From: Chloroflexota bacterium
Lineage (GTDB): Bacteria > Chloroflexota > Anaerolineae > Aggregatilineales > J027
Direction: 5' to 3'
DNA: 64,000 nucleotides
Assembly (NCBI GenBank): GCA_016234595.1
Contig: JACRBG010000011.1
Span: 37,227 to 101,226, forward strand
The position numbers and the translations under genes are program-made. Positions 26,466 to 34,869 of this stretch are shown piece after piece. Under the pieces are notes generated by a model, which saw only the letters and a program-made list of their open reading frames with translations, had not been told where the DNA came from and searched no databases. Position 1 is the first letter of the stretch, and each line of letters begins with the position of its first letter.

Positions 26466-28814
26466 ATGGCTAGTGTGTCACAGGAATCGCTGATCGTTCA
26501 GGCCGCCCAATCCAGTAGCCTCTTGGATGCGGCATTGATGTATGCTCGTTTAGGGATGAGTGTTATCCCCCTGAAAGGGAAACGCCCTTCACTGTCTAGT
26601 TGGACGCAACTTCAACAAGTTCGCGCCGATGCCGTTGTAATTCATCGCTGGCAGCGGAATGGGCTGCTGCATAACGTGGGCATCGTCTGTGGAGCAGCCT
26701 CACAAAATCTGGTTGTTTTGGATACCGATGGTGCAGCCAGCTATCCAGCTTTTGCTGCTATGTTCCCTAAACTAGCGGAGACCTATACCGTTGCGACGGG
26801 CAGCGGCAAAGGCCACCACGTCTATTTCTATGTGGAAAAACTGCCTGAGAGTATCAAGGCTATGGGTCTGCCGATTGGCAATCTTGAATTGTGCGCGAAT
26901 GGGCGACAGGTGGTCGCTCCGCCAAGTTTGCATCCAATCACGGGTAACCCCTATCGGGTGCATAAGGCCTTGGATATTCTGCGGGTCGAAACGCTTAATG
27001 AATTGGCTGAGTGGATTAAGTCGTTCAAGGCCAAACCTGCGTTTGCACCAGTCCACTTTTTGCCAGTGTCACCACATGATTCTGCCAAATTGAATCCAAA
27101 GGTAATGGAGGAAATTGAACGACATTTTCTGCGACAGGGGTATCGAGAAGTCGGCGAATGGCTGCATGGGCCGTGTATTTATCCCCATCGGCATCAGCAT
27201 GGCGACCGCAACCCTTCCTTTGGATTCAATCGCTTCAGCGGATTTGGCTCGTGTTTTGTGTGTGGCACGATTCTGGCGAAAGACATCTGTGCAGCGGTTG
27301 GGATTGATGTCAGTGTGCTAGGCGGGTTGGTGGAAAAGTCTTTTAACACCAACCCCCATCACCAGCCCACAGCCGTTAGGCTGTCTTTACCACCTACGGA
27401 ACCTCCGATTCCAAGTGAAACCAAGCTATCTAGTATTGCATTGCCACCAAGCACCCCGCCACCTTCTGAACCGAGTCAGGGATTTGCGATGAATGATCTC
27501 AAACTCCCAGAGTGGCTCAAACTCTATGTGGAATGGGCCGGGGCGACGGGTAATCAGACACCGTTATCTTTCCATCTTGCGGCGGGATTGTGGCTGTTGT
27601 CGGTCGCGGTGGGGCGACGTTTGTATGGTGCTGCCCCTTGGGGAGTGAAGATTTTCCCCAATCTGTATTTGATGCTCATCGCGGCGACGACCTATTATCG
27701 CAAATCCACCGCTTATAAATTGGCGGAGGGCATCGCACATGAGGCCATTCCACATATGCTCATGCCAACACCGGGTTCACCCGAACGTTTTCAAGAGGCT
27801 CTGGCGGGCCAACTACCGGGTAATTTTGACAAGCTCAATCCAACCGAACAAGAACTTTTTCGCAAGGCACAGCCGTTTGCAGCCCAGCGCGGGTTGCTTA
27901 AGGATGAGGTCGCTGGATTATTTGGGGTCATCAACAAGCGGGATTATATGGTCGGCATGAAAGATTTGTTGATGGAACTCTATGACTGCCCTGATCGCTC
28001 TAGTAAAGAAACACAGGCGGGAGTCACGATTGTTGAGAAGGCGGCTTTATCCATCTTGGGCGTGACGACTCCGGCAGGTTTGGCGGCTGGGGTGAGTGAG
28101 GCGGATTGGGCGAATGGCTTGCTGGTACGCTTTGCCTTGATTACACCTGAAACAGATTATGCCGAGCGCCCCGCAGCCATCGCCTTTCAGTCACCACCAC
28201 CGAAGCTCATTGAGGGCTTACGTCGTTTACACGAGCGCCTGCCAAATCCTGTCCGGACAGAACGCGGATTGACCCCACCGAGTGCCCTGCAATTGGATGT
28301 CACCTGCTGGCGTGAATGTCAAAATTATGGCGATCATCTGCGCCGCCTGTGTGCACCGCAGCAAGACACTGAATTAGATGAGCGACTCAAGGGCGTCTAT
28401 GGGCGGCTGCATGTCCAAGCCTTCAAACTTGCTACCCTGATGGCTGCCTTAGATTGGCTAGATACCGACACCTCGGCGCCAACACTCACAGTTGACCATT
28501 GGGTGATGGGGGAGACTATGGCTGAAACATGGCGTATGAGCGCTCATCGTTTGCTTGAACAAATGGATCGGCGGGGTGAGGCTAGTCATGAACGTCGCCA
28601 GCAAGATACATTGTTACGGGCGATTCGACAGGCAGGGGCTGAAGGGGCGAGTCTACGGGTGTTATATCGTAATCTCCACCTGACTGCCCAACGTGCGCGA
28701 TTGTTGGCCCAAGAATTAGCGCGTGCAGGCTTGGTGGTGGAACGGCGTTTTAGTGGCATTGAGTGGTATGTTGCTAGTGAATATGCCACAGATGAGACTC
28801 CTGCCATCGGGTGA
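26466..28814 (+). CDS. Putative replication initiator: bifunctional primase-polymerase + Zn-binding domain + DUF3987/YfjI-like NTPase + winged helix
   Basis: N-term LGMSVIPLK, NVGIVCG, LVVLDTD, TGSGKGHHVYF, QVVAPPSLH; CIYPHRH...DRNPSF...CFVC; NLYLMLIA....RKST and GLLKDE. Confidence 0.82.
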   Translation: MASVSQESLIVQAAQSSSLLDAALMYARLGMSVIPLKGKRPSLSSWTQLQQVRADAVVIHRWQRNGLLHNVGIVCGAASQNLVVLDTDGAASYPAFAAMFPKLAETYTVATGSGKGHHVYFYVEKLPESIKAMGLPIGNLELCANGRQVVAPPSLHPITGNPYRVHKALDILRVETLNELAEWIKSFKAKPAFAPVHFLPVSPHDSAKLNPKVMEEIERHFLRQGYREVGEWLHGPCIYPHRHQHGDRNPSFGFNRFSGFGSCFVCGTILAKDICAAVGIDVSVLGGLVEKSFNTNPHHQPTAVRLSLPPTEPPIPSETKLSSIALPPSTPPPSEPSQGFAMNDLKLPEWLKLYVEWAGATGNQTPLSFHLAAGLWLLSVAVGRRLYGAAPWGVKIFPNLYLMLIAATTYYRKSTAYKLAEGIAHEAIPHMLMPTPGSPERFQEALAGQLPGNFDKLNPTEQELFRKAQPFAAQRGLLKDEVAGLFGVINKRDYMVGMKDLLMELYDCPDRSSKETQAGVTIVEKAALSILGVTTPAGLAAGVSEADWANGLLVRFALITPETDYAERPAAIAFQSPPPKLIEGLRRLHERLPNPVRTERGLTPPSALQLDVTCWRECQNYGDHLRRLCAPQQDTELDERLKGVYGRLHVQAFKLATLMAALDWLDTDTSAPTLTVDHWVMGETMAETWRMSAHRLLEQMDRRGEASHERRQQDTLLRAIRQAGAEGASLRVLYRNLHLTAQRARLLAQELARAGLVVERRFSGIEWYVASEYATDETPAIG

Positions 28815-28816
28815 AT

Positions 28817-29003
28817 GCGACAAATGCGACACACGCGACATGCGACAGTGCGACAGCGATAAAAAATATGGCTTTGGCTATTATCATGCTCACGGCGTTT
28901 TCCGGAATGACACTGAAGAAAATGCTATGAAGCACCATAAGTCTATATCGCTATGAGATATATTTGTCGCGCTGTCACGTGTCGCATCTGTCGCGTTTGT
29001 CGC
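28817..29003. repeat. Two inverted arrays of GCGACA hexamers, candidate replication origin
   Basis: GCGACA at 28817, 28826, 28835, 28842, 28850; TGTCGC at 28965, 28980, 28989, 28998 and TGTCAC at 28973; about 110-bp spacer. Confidence 0.75.
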
Positions 29004-29091
29004 ATAAATTTGAGGGCCACATGGAAAGGTTAGTAAGGACGAGTATAATCAGCAGGTCAGTTTGGCTGGCTCACGAAAAGGGGCATTTTTT

Positions 29092-30042
29092 ATGACAGTT
29101 TCATTGGTTACAGGCGGCGCTGGCTTCATCGGTTCGCATCTTGTTGAGGCCCTGCTTGCTGAAGGGCATGAAGTACGTGTGGTGGATAATTTTGCTACAG
29201 GCAAGCGCGAGAACTTATACCCATCCATAAACAAGATCAAGTTATACGAAATTAGCATTACCAATGCTGCTGCGCTTCAAGAAGCGATGGAAGGAGTCAA
29301 TTACGTTTTCCATCAAGCTGCTATCCCATCTGTGCCGCGTTCGGTGGCTGACCCAGTCACTTGCCATGAGGTCAATGTAACGGGGACATTCAATGTGTTG
29401 AATGCCGCACGATTGGCAGGTGTCAAGCGAGTAGTCTATGCCGCGTCGTCATCAGCGTATGGCGATATTGAGGGTGATTATAAACAGGAAGATATGGCCC
29501 CGCGACCATTATCCCCCTATGGTGCGGCAAAATTGGCGGGTGAATATTATCTGCAGGTGTTTTATCGGGTATATGGCTTAGAGACTGTCAGCCTGCGCTA
29601 TTTTAATGTTTTTGGCCCACGCCAAGATCCTAACTCTGAATATGCGGCGGTCATCCCTAAATTTGCAACTGCGATGCTAGAAGGCCAGTCTCCCACGATT
29701 CATGGTGACGGTACGCAATCTCGTGATTTCACCTATATTGAAAATACGGTAAAAGGCAATCTACTGGCTGCAAAGAGCCCACATGCTCCGGGGCAGGTCA
29801 TTAATTTGGCCTGTGGGCAGCGCTACACATTGTTGGATTTGGTGAACGCGATTAACGATTATCTTGGCACGAATATTAGGCCGACATTTGCTCCAGCCCG
29901 TACAGGTGATATTAAGCATTCGCTCGCGGATATTTCGAAGGCGGAAGAATTATTGGGTTACGCCCCTGCAACACTGTTTAAAGACGGCGTATCGAACACA
30001 GTGGACTGGTTTGCCGCGCAACCCAAGAAGGAACAGAGTTAA
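29092..30042 (+). CDS. NAD-dependent epimerase/dehydratase (extended SDR, WbpP/GalE-like)
   Basis: VTGGAGFIG, YGAAK, YFNVFGPRQ. Confidence 0.93.
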   Translation: MTVSLVTGGAGFIGSHLVEALLAEGHEVRVVDNFATGKRENLYPSINKIKLYEISITNAAALQEAMEGVNYVFHQAAIPSVPRSVADPVTCHEVNVTGTFNVLNAARLAGVKRVVYAASSSAYGDIEGDYKQEDMAPRPLSPYGAAKLAGEYYLQVFYRVYGLETVSLRYFNVFGPRQDPNSEYAAVIPKFATAMLEGQSPTIHGDGTQSRDFTYIENTVKGNLLAAKSPHAPGQVINLACGQRYTLLDLVNAINDYLGTNIRPTFAPARTGDIKHSLADISKAEELLGYAPATLFKDGVSNTVDWFAAQPKKEQS

Positions 30043-30050
30043 ATCACCGA

Positions 30051-31370
30051 TTACAAACTAACGATGTGCGAATATTGAGGGAAACGGCGGGTAGCATTGC
30101 GGGTATCCACAATCAGCGGGCTATGCTTCACAATGGTCTCCCAATCGTAGGCGGTATGATCGGTCACGATCACCAAACAGTCCAATGATTTAAGCCATTC
30201 AGCCGAAAATGGAGTGGACTGCGAAACCTCATTATTCTCTAATCGGATGCTTGGGACATGGGGATCATTCCACTCAACCTCGGCCCCTTTTTCAGTGAGT
30301 AAATGGATAATGTCCAGTGCTGGACTCTCACGCACATCATCAATATCACGTTTATAGGCGACGCCCAGCACCCCAATGCGTGAGGATCGAATCGGCTTAA
30401 CGACGTTGTTTAATGCCTCCGCTACTTTGTTTACCACATAGAAAGGCATATAGGTATTGATCTCGCTGGCAAGTTCAATGAATCGGGCATTATAGTTCAG
30501 AGCCTTAAGTTTCCAGCTTAGATAGTGAGGGTCAACCGGGATGCAATGCCCACCGAGGCCCGGCCCCGGATAAAATGGCATAAATCCAAAGGGTTTGCTC
30601 TTAGCTGCCTCAATAATTTCCCACACATCCAGATTTAGCTTATCGCACATCAGGGCCATTTCATTAACCAGTCCGATATTCACCGCTCGGAAGGTGTTTT
30701 CAAGTAACTTTACCATTTCGGCGGCGGTGGGGGACGAGACTTTAACGACTTTTTCCACGATAGTTTGGTAATAAGCTGTCACGATTTCGGTACAGGCTGG
30801 GGTTATACCACCCACGACCTTGGGCGTGTTGTAGACGGTGTATTTTTCATTGCCCGGATCAATGCGTTCCGGCGAAAATGAGACAAACACATCCTGCCCA
30901 ACCGTGAATCCGCGTCTTTCAATCTCTGGGGCAACAATTTCTTCGGTTGTTCCGGGGTAGGTGGTGCTTTCTAGAACGATGAGCATTCCGGCGTGGCAGA
31001 TTTGCGCCACATTGGTAGTGGCATCCAAGACGAAGGACATGTCAGGGTCTTTGGTTTTGCGAAGAGGTGTGGGTACACAGATGCTCACTGCGTCGGCGGT
31101 TTCAAGGGCGCGATAATCCGTAAAGGCTTGTAATTTGCCGTTTCTGACTAGCGGGGCTAATTGGCTGGTTGGAATGTCGGGAATATAGCTTTCACCCGAG
31201 TTGAGTTTATTGACCTTCCATTCTGAAAGATCAATGCCAATCACTCTAAACCCAGCCTCAGCAAATGCTACTGCCAATGGCAATCCTACGTAACCCAAGC
31301 CGACAATACCAACGATGGCTGTGCCTTCGTTAAATCGAGATAATAATTGCTGACGATAATCGGTACCCAT
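30051..31370 (-). CDS. UDP-sugar 6-dehydrogenase (WbpA/TviB-like, UDP-GlcNAc type)
   Basis: GLGYVG, ICVPTP, ESTTYPGTT, GGHCIPVDP, DVRESP. Confidence 0.93.
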   Translation of the reverse strand: MGTDYRQQLLSRFNEGTAIVGIVGLGYVGLPLAVAFAEAGFRVIGIDLSEWKVNKLNSGESYIPDIPTSQLAPLVRNGKLQAFTDYRALETADAVSICVPTPLRKTKDPDMSFVLDATTNVAQICHAGMLIVLESTTYPGTTEEIVAPEIERRGFTVGQDVFVSFSPERIDPGNEKYTVYNTPKVVGGITPACTEIVTAYYQTIVEKVVKVSSPTAAEMVKLLENTFRAVNIGLVNEMALMCDKLNLDVWEIIEAAKSKPFGFMPFYPGPGLGGHCIPVDPHYLSWKLKALNYNARFIELASEINTYMPFYVVNKVAEALNNVVKPIRSSRIGVLGVAYKRDIDDVRESPALDIIHLLTEKGAEVEWNDPHVPSIRLENNEVSQSTPFSAEWLKSLDCLVIVTDHTAYDWETIVKHSPLIVDTRNATRRFPQYSHIVSL

Positions 31371-31418
31371 CAAACCTATCTCCCATCTTTTGCAGATACT
31401 CTCATGAATAGTTGATCT

Positions 31419-32009
31419 CTATTTGAATAAGCTCAACAGTGTTTTCACGATGATTTTGATGTCTAGCCAAAGACTTTGATTTTCGACGTAGGACAGGTCA
31501 AGCGTGAGCTTATCTGGCATGACTTTTTCAACATATAATTTTTCCCAACCATTGCCCTGCAAAATCTTTTCTTCGTTCCGATACTCCACCGAGGCTAGAC
31601 TAGTAATTCCAGGGTGGACGGATAATACAACGCGCTGATTTTCGCTATAGAGGGCAACGTAACGGGGGTCTTCTGGGCGAGGGCCGACTAAGCTCATTTC
31701 ACCACGTAACACATTGATGAGCTGGGGCAATTCATCGAGTTTAGTACGACGTAGAATCCGACCCATTGGAGTAATTCGACTGTCTCCTGATGCCGTGATG
31801 CCGGGGCCTTGTTTGTCCGCGTTATTGACCATCGTCCGAAACTTATATAGACGAAATTCTTGTCCATCTTTACCCACACGTTTAGCCTTATGGAATATTG
31901 GCCCCGGTGAACCAAAACGTATTGCAATGGCAAAAATGATGAAAAATGGGGCGAGAACAACTAAACCCATTAGGCTCGCCGTTATGTCTAATATTCGCTT
32001 CAGAATCAC
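31419..32009 (-). CDS. Initiating sugar (phospho)transferase, Bac_transf family
   Basis: KRILD, YKFRTM, DELPQLINVLRGEMSLVGPRPE. Confidence 0.93.
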   Translation of the reverse strand: MILKRILDITASLMGLVVLAPFFIIFAIAIRFGSPGPIFHKAKRVGKDGQEFRLYKFRTMVNNADKQGPGITASGDSRITPMGRILRRTKLDELPQLINVLRGEMSLVGPRPEDPRYVALYSENQRVVLSVHPGITSLASVEYRNEEKILQGNGWEKLYVEKVMPDKLTLDLSYVENQSLWLDIKIIVKTLLSLFK

Positions 32010-33199
32010 AGGCGAAATGTCTCCACAATGTCTGTAACAGCCGCAATTACGCTTTCAATATCTTCATCCGAAAGAGTTGAATTGAGCGGCAAGGACACCA
32101 CTCGTTGAAACTCATGATAGGCGATAGGAAAATCTTCAGGTTGCCAACCATATTTATCAGAATAATAAGGATGCATGTGGACTGGAATAAAGTGGACGCT
32201 AGAGCCAATATTACGCTCTTTTAGTTCAGTGATAAATTGACCCCGATCAATACTTAGTCGGTCAAGATTTAGGCGCAGGACATATAAATGCCAAGCGTGT
32301 TCAACTTCAGGTTTTTCAATGGGGACTTGGAGTTCAGGCATGTTTCCAAAAGCGTCAGTGTATTGTGTTACCACATGTCGGCGATGAGCTTGCATCTCAT
32401 TAATCCGTTGGAGCTGGACAAGACCAAGAGCCGCTTGAATATCGGTCATGTTGTATTTGAAGCCCGGACTGACCACTTCATAGTACCAAGAACCATTGGC
32501 GCTATAGCGATTCCAAGCATCGCGGCTCATCCCATGTAATGAGAGCATACGAGCACGAGTCAGCAATTCAGGATCACCTGTCAGCATCCCGCCCTCAGCA
32601 GTCGTGAGATTCTTGGTGGCATAAAAGCTGAAGGCCGTTAGATTGTTTAATCCGCCAATCATCTTACCTTTGTATTTTGCGGGTAAAGCATGGGCCGCGT
32701 CTTCAATAATGGCAAGGCCATGTTCTTCGGCTAATTTTTGAAGGGCATCCATTTCACACGGATGGCCTGCATAATGAACGGGCAAAATGGCTTTCGTGCG
32801 AGGTGTAATCGCGACTGCCACTTGATCGGGGTCAATTGTCAGAGTGTCGGGCAAAACATCTACCAAAATAGGCGTTGCGCCAACATGCTCGATGACATTG
32901 ACCGATGAGCAAAAGGTCATGGGTGTCGTGATTACTTCATCACCGGGGCCGATATTTATGGTCGCTAACGCAAGATGAAGGCCCGCTGTACAAGAGTTTA
33001 GGGCAAGGCCACCGGGCGACTCTACATAGGCGGAGAACTTACCCTCAAAATCTTTTGTCTTAGGCCCTGTGGTGATCCAACTTGAGCGAAGGGTGTCTAC
33101 TACCGCTTCAATCTCTTGTTCCGAAATGTCAGGCGGCGAAAAAGGCAGAAAAGTATCGCGCTTATAATGACTGGCGGAGGGTTTTATTGGATGATTCAC
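32006..33199 (-). CDS. DegT/DnrJ/EryC1/StrS family sugar aminotransferase
   Basis: IEDAAHA, FSFYATKNLTTAEGG, GFKYNMTDIQAALG. Confidence 0.93.
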   Translation of the reverse strand: MNHPIKPSASHYKRDTFLPFSPPDISEQEIEAVVDTLRSSWITTGPKTKDFEGKFSAYVESPGGLALNSCTAGLHLALATINIGPGDEVITTPMTFCSSVNVIEHVGATPILVDVLPDTLTIDPDQVAVAITPRTKAILPVHYAGHPCEMDALQKLAEEHGLAIIEDAAHALPAKYKGKMIGGLNNLTAFSFYATKNLTTAEGGMLTGDPELLTRARMLSLHGMSRDAWNRYSANGSWYYEVVSPGFKYNMTDIQAALGLVQLQRINEMQAHRRHVVTQYTDAFGNMPELQVPIEKPEVEHAWHLYVLRLNLDRLSIDRGQFITELKERNIGSSVHFIPVHMHPYYSDKYGWQPEDFPIAYHEFQRVVSLPLNSTLSDEDIESVIAAVTDIVETFRL

Positions 33200-33314
33200 A
33201 GAGTACCTCTACTTACCATAGTTATTGTCGAAATACCTTCATGATTATGTTGCGATTAAATCAAAAATACAAAAATGGTTATGATAATCCACAATTGTTG
33301 TACTTTTTGTCATC

Positions 33315-34679
33315 TTATGACTCAACTGGCTCAAGATAATACAAATCGGGTTGCCCTTCGGCGACCCAGCCGGTTTGACCACTATCCAGTTTGACTTCCC
33401 ACCATAAGATGTCATCCCGGCAGACAGGTACACTAATGGTTTGAACGATAGCCCCCGCTGCTACCATATCCAAAATCGCTCCACTGAAACCGGGCATTTC
33501 TCTCAACCGAACACCCTCAGGATAGATGATTCGTGCCGATTGATTAATCTGCAAGCGAGTCTTCGGCGCTAAATCACACACGATTGTCTGCACATCAATT
33601 GTGGGCGTTAGGGTAGGCACAGGGGTAAATGTCAATGTTGGCGTATTGCTGGGTGGGAGTGTGTTGGTTGGAATCAGCGTTAGGGATGGCGTAAATGTTG
33701 GTGTCCGTGTCGGACTTGGTATTGGCGTGAACGTTCTTGTTCTAGTTGGCAAAGGAGTTGAGGTTGCTGTTGAGGTTCTACTAGGCCAAGGCGTATTAGT
33801 GGGACTAGAAGTGGCCGTTTGAGTTGGCGTGCGGCTTGTCGTTGCCCCATGGGTCATGGTAGGGCGGGGGTTTAATGTATTTGACGGGTGAGCAGTTGCC
33901 GACTGTGTTGAGGTACGAGTGAGAGTGGCAGTAAGTGTTGGCGTGAGACTCGGCGCAACGGTGTAGACCTTGGTTGATGATGGACTGCTCGTTATGCTTG
34001 GGGACGATGTCGGGCTAGGTGTGATAGTGTTGGTAGGTTCAGGCGTTTCCGTTGCAAGCGTTCGGCTAGATGTAGCAGTTACTGTTGGGGAGCTAGGACT
34101 GACGGCTAGTGCCACTTGCGTAGCGAAAACAGTCTGGGTAACCGTTTTTTCAACCAGCCGTTCCACATGGTCTGAATCATTACCGTTTTTTAGCAGAAAC
34201 CCTGCCCCCAAAGCCGCAAAACTAATCACAATAATCATGACCACAAAAATCGGGACCCGATTGGGAGGTCTAAGCTGGATTTCGGTCTGCTGTAGCCGTG
34301 ATAGCGCATCTAGCAAAGCTGGGCTGGTTTCTTTTGTAATTCCTCGGGTCATATCTATGGGGGCAAAACGTCCCGGCAATGCAAACAGATTTTTCGTGCT
34401 GCGAACCTGAATCGGTTGCATGGCTTTCCCAAGCCGAATAGCCTCTTGGACTTGAGCTTCCCATCGCCCTGAGCCTAAAGCCGGGGGGCTGATAAGATAG
34501 ATAAAAACCTCACAACGATCAATCTTGGCTAACAAGTCATCGGTGCTAAATTTCTGCTCACTGAGTTCGATGGTAGCATTTTTGAAAGCTTGCTTAAGTA
34601 AATCAGCAAGCTGCTGTGCAAAACCATCCTCTTGGGGCGAATAACAGATGTAAAAATATCGCATGGGCTGTTCAAACAA
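33315..34679 (-). CDS. TIR-like domain - TM helix - Thr/Ser/Pro linker - SH3-like domain protein
   Basis: N-term FYICYS..D.GFAQQL...IDRCEVFIYLISP; TM IFVVMIIVISFAALGAGFLL; C-term VRLREMPG...WWEVKLDSGQTGWVAEG. Confidence 0.75.
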   Translation of the reverse strand: MFEQPMRYFYICYSPQEDGFAQQLADLLKQAFKNATIELSEQKFSTDDLLAKIDRCEVFIYLISPPALGSGRWEAQVQEAIRLGKAMQPIQVRSTKNLFALPGRFAPIDMTRGITKETSPALLDALSRLQQTEIQLRPPNRVPIFVVMIIVISFAALGAGFLLKNGNDSDHVERLVEKTVTQTVFATQVALAVSPSSPTVTATSSRTLATETPEPTNTITPSPTSSPSITSSPSSTKVYTVAPSLTPTLTATLTRTSTQSATAHPSNTLNPRPTMTHGATTSRTPTQTATSSPTNTPWPSRTSTATSTPLPTRTRTFTPIPSPTRTPTFTPSLTLIPTNTLPPSNTPTLTFTPVPTLTPTIDVQTIVCDLAPKTRLQINQSARIIYPEGVRLREMPGFSGAILDMVAAGAIVQTISVPVCRDDILWWEVKLDSGQTGWVAEGQPDLYYLEPVES

Positions 34680-34869
34680 TTATTGCTGAATAGGAGACGA
34701 CAACTTCGACTGCTTTCCTCACCCTCAATGAACGGGGTCTTCGACGGGTCGCATTGTTATGTCTCACAACTGGCAGGTGAGGTTGGTTGAAACAAATTCT
34801 AGCTGCTTCAGAATAGCGGGGTCACAATTGGACCCCACTATCTTACTTTATCTAAGCCTAACTGCCCGT

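Noticed and set aside
28723-28956. 77-aa ORF with CDKCDTRDMRQCD
   Set aside because: The Cys/Asp pattern is just the translation of the GCGACA repeats; it overlaps the rep 3' end.
28817-29003. Repeat arrays as a CRISPR array
   Set aside because: Units are 6 bp with 1-3 bp gaps, no unique spacers and no cas genes; they fit iterons better.
24189-29003. Prophage or PICI/P4-type satellite
   Set aside because: No integrase, AlpA/repressor, capsid, terminase or att repeats in the window; parAB with a ctRNA-like element points to a plasmid/chromid design.
33601-34410. Val/Gly-rich plus-strand ORFs and apparent repeats
   Set aside because: Antisense reading of the Thr/Pro/Ser linker of the TIR-SH3 gene; low-complexity coding, not a separate element.
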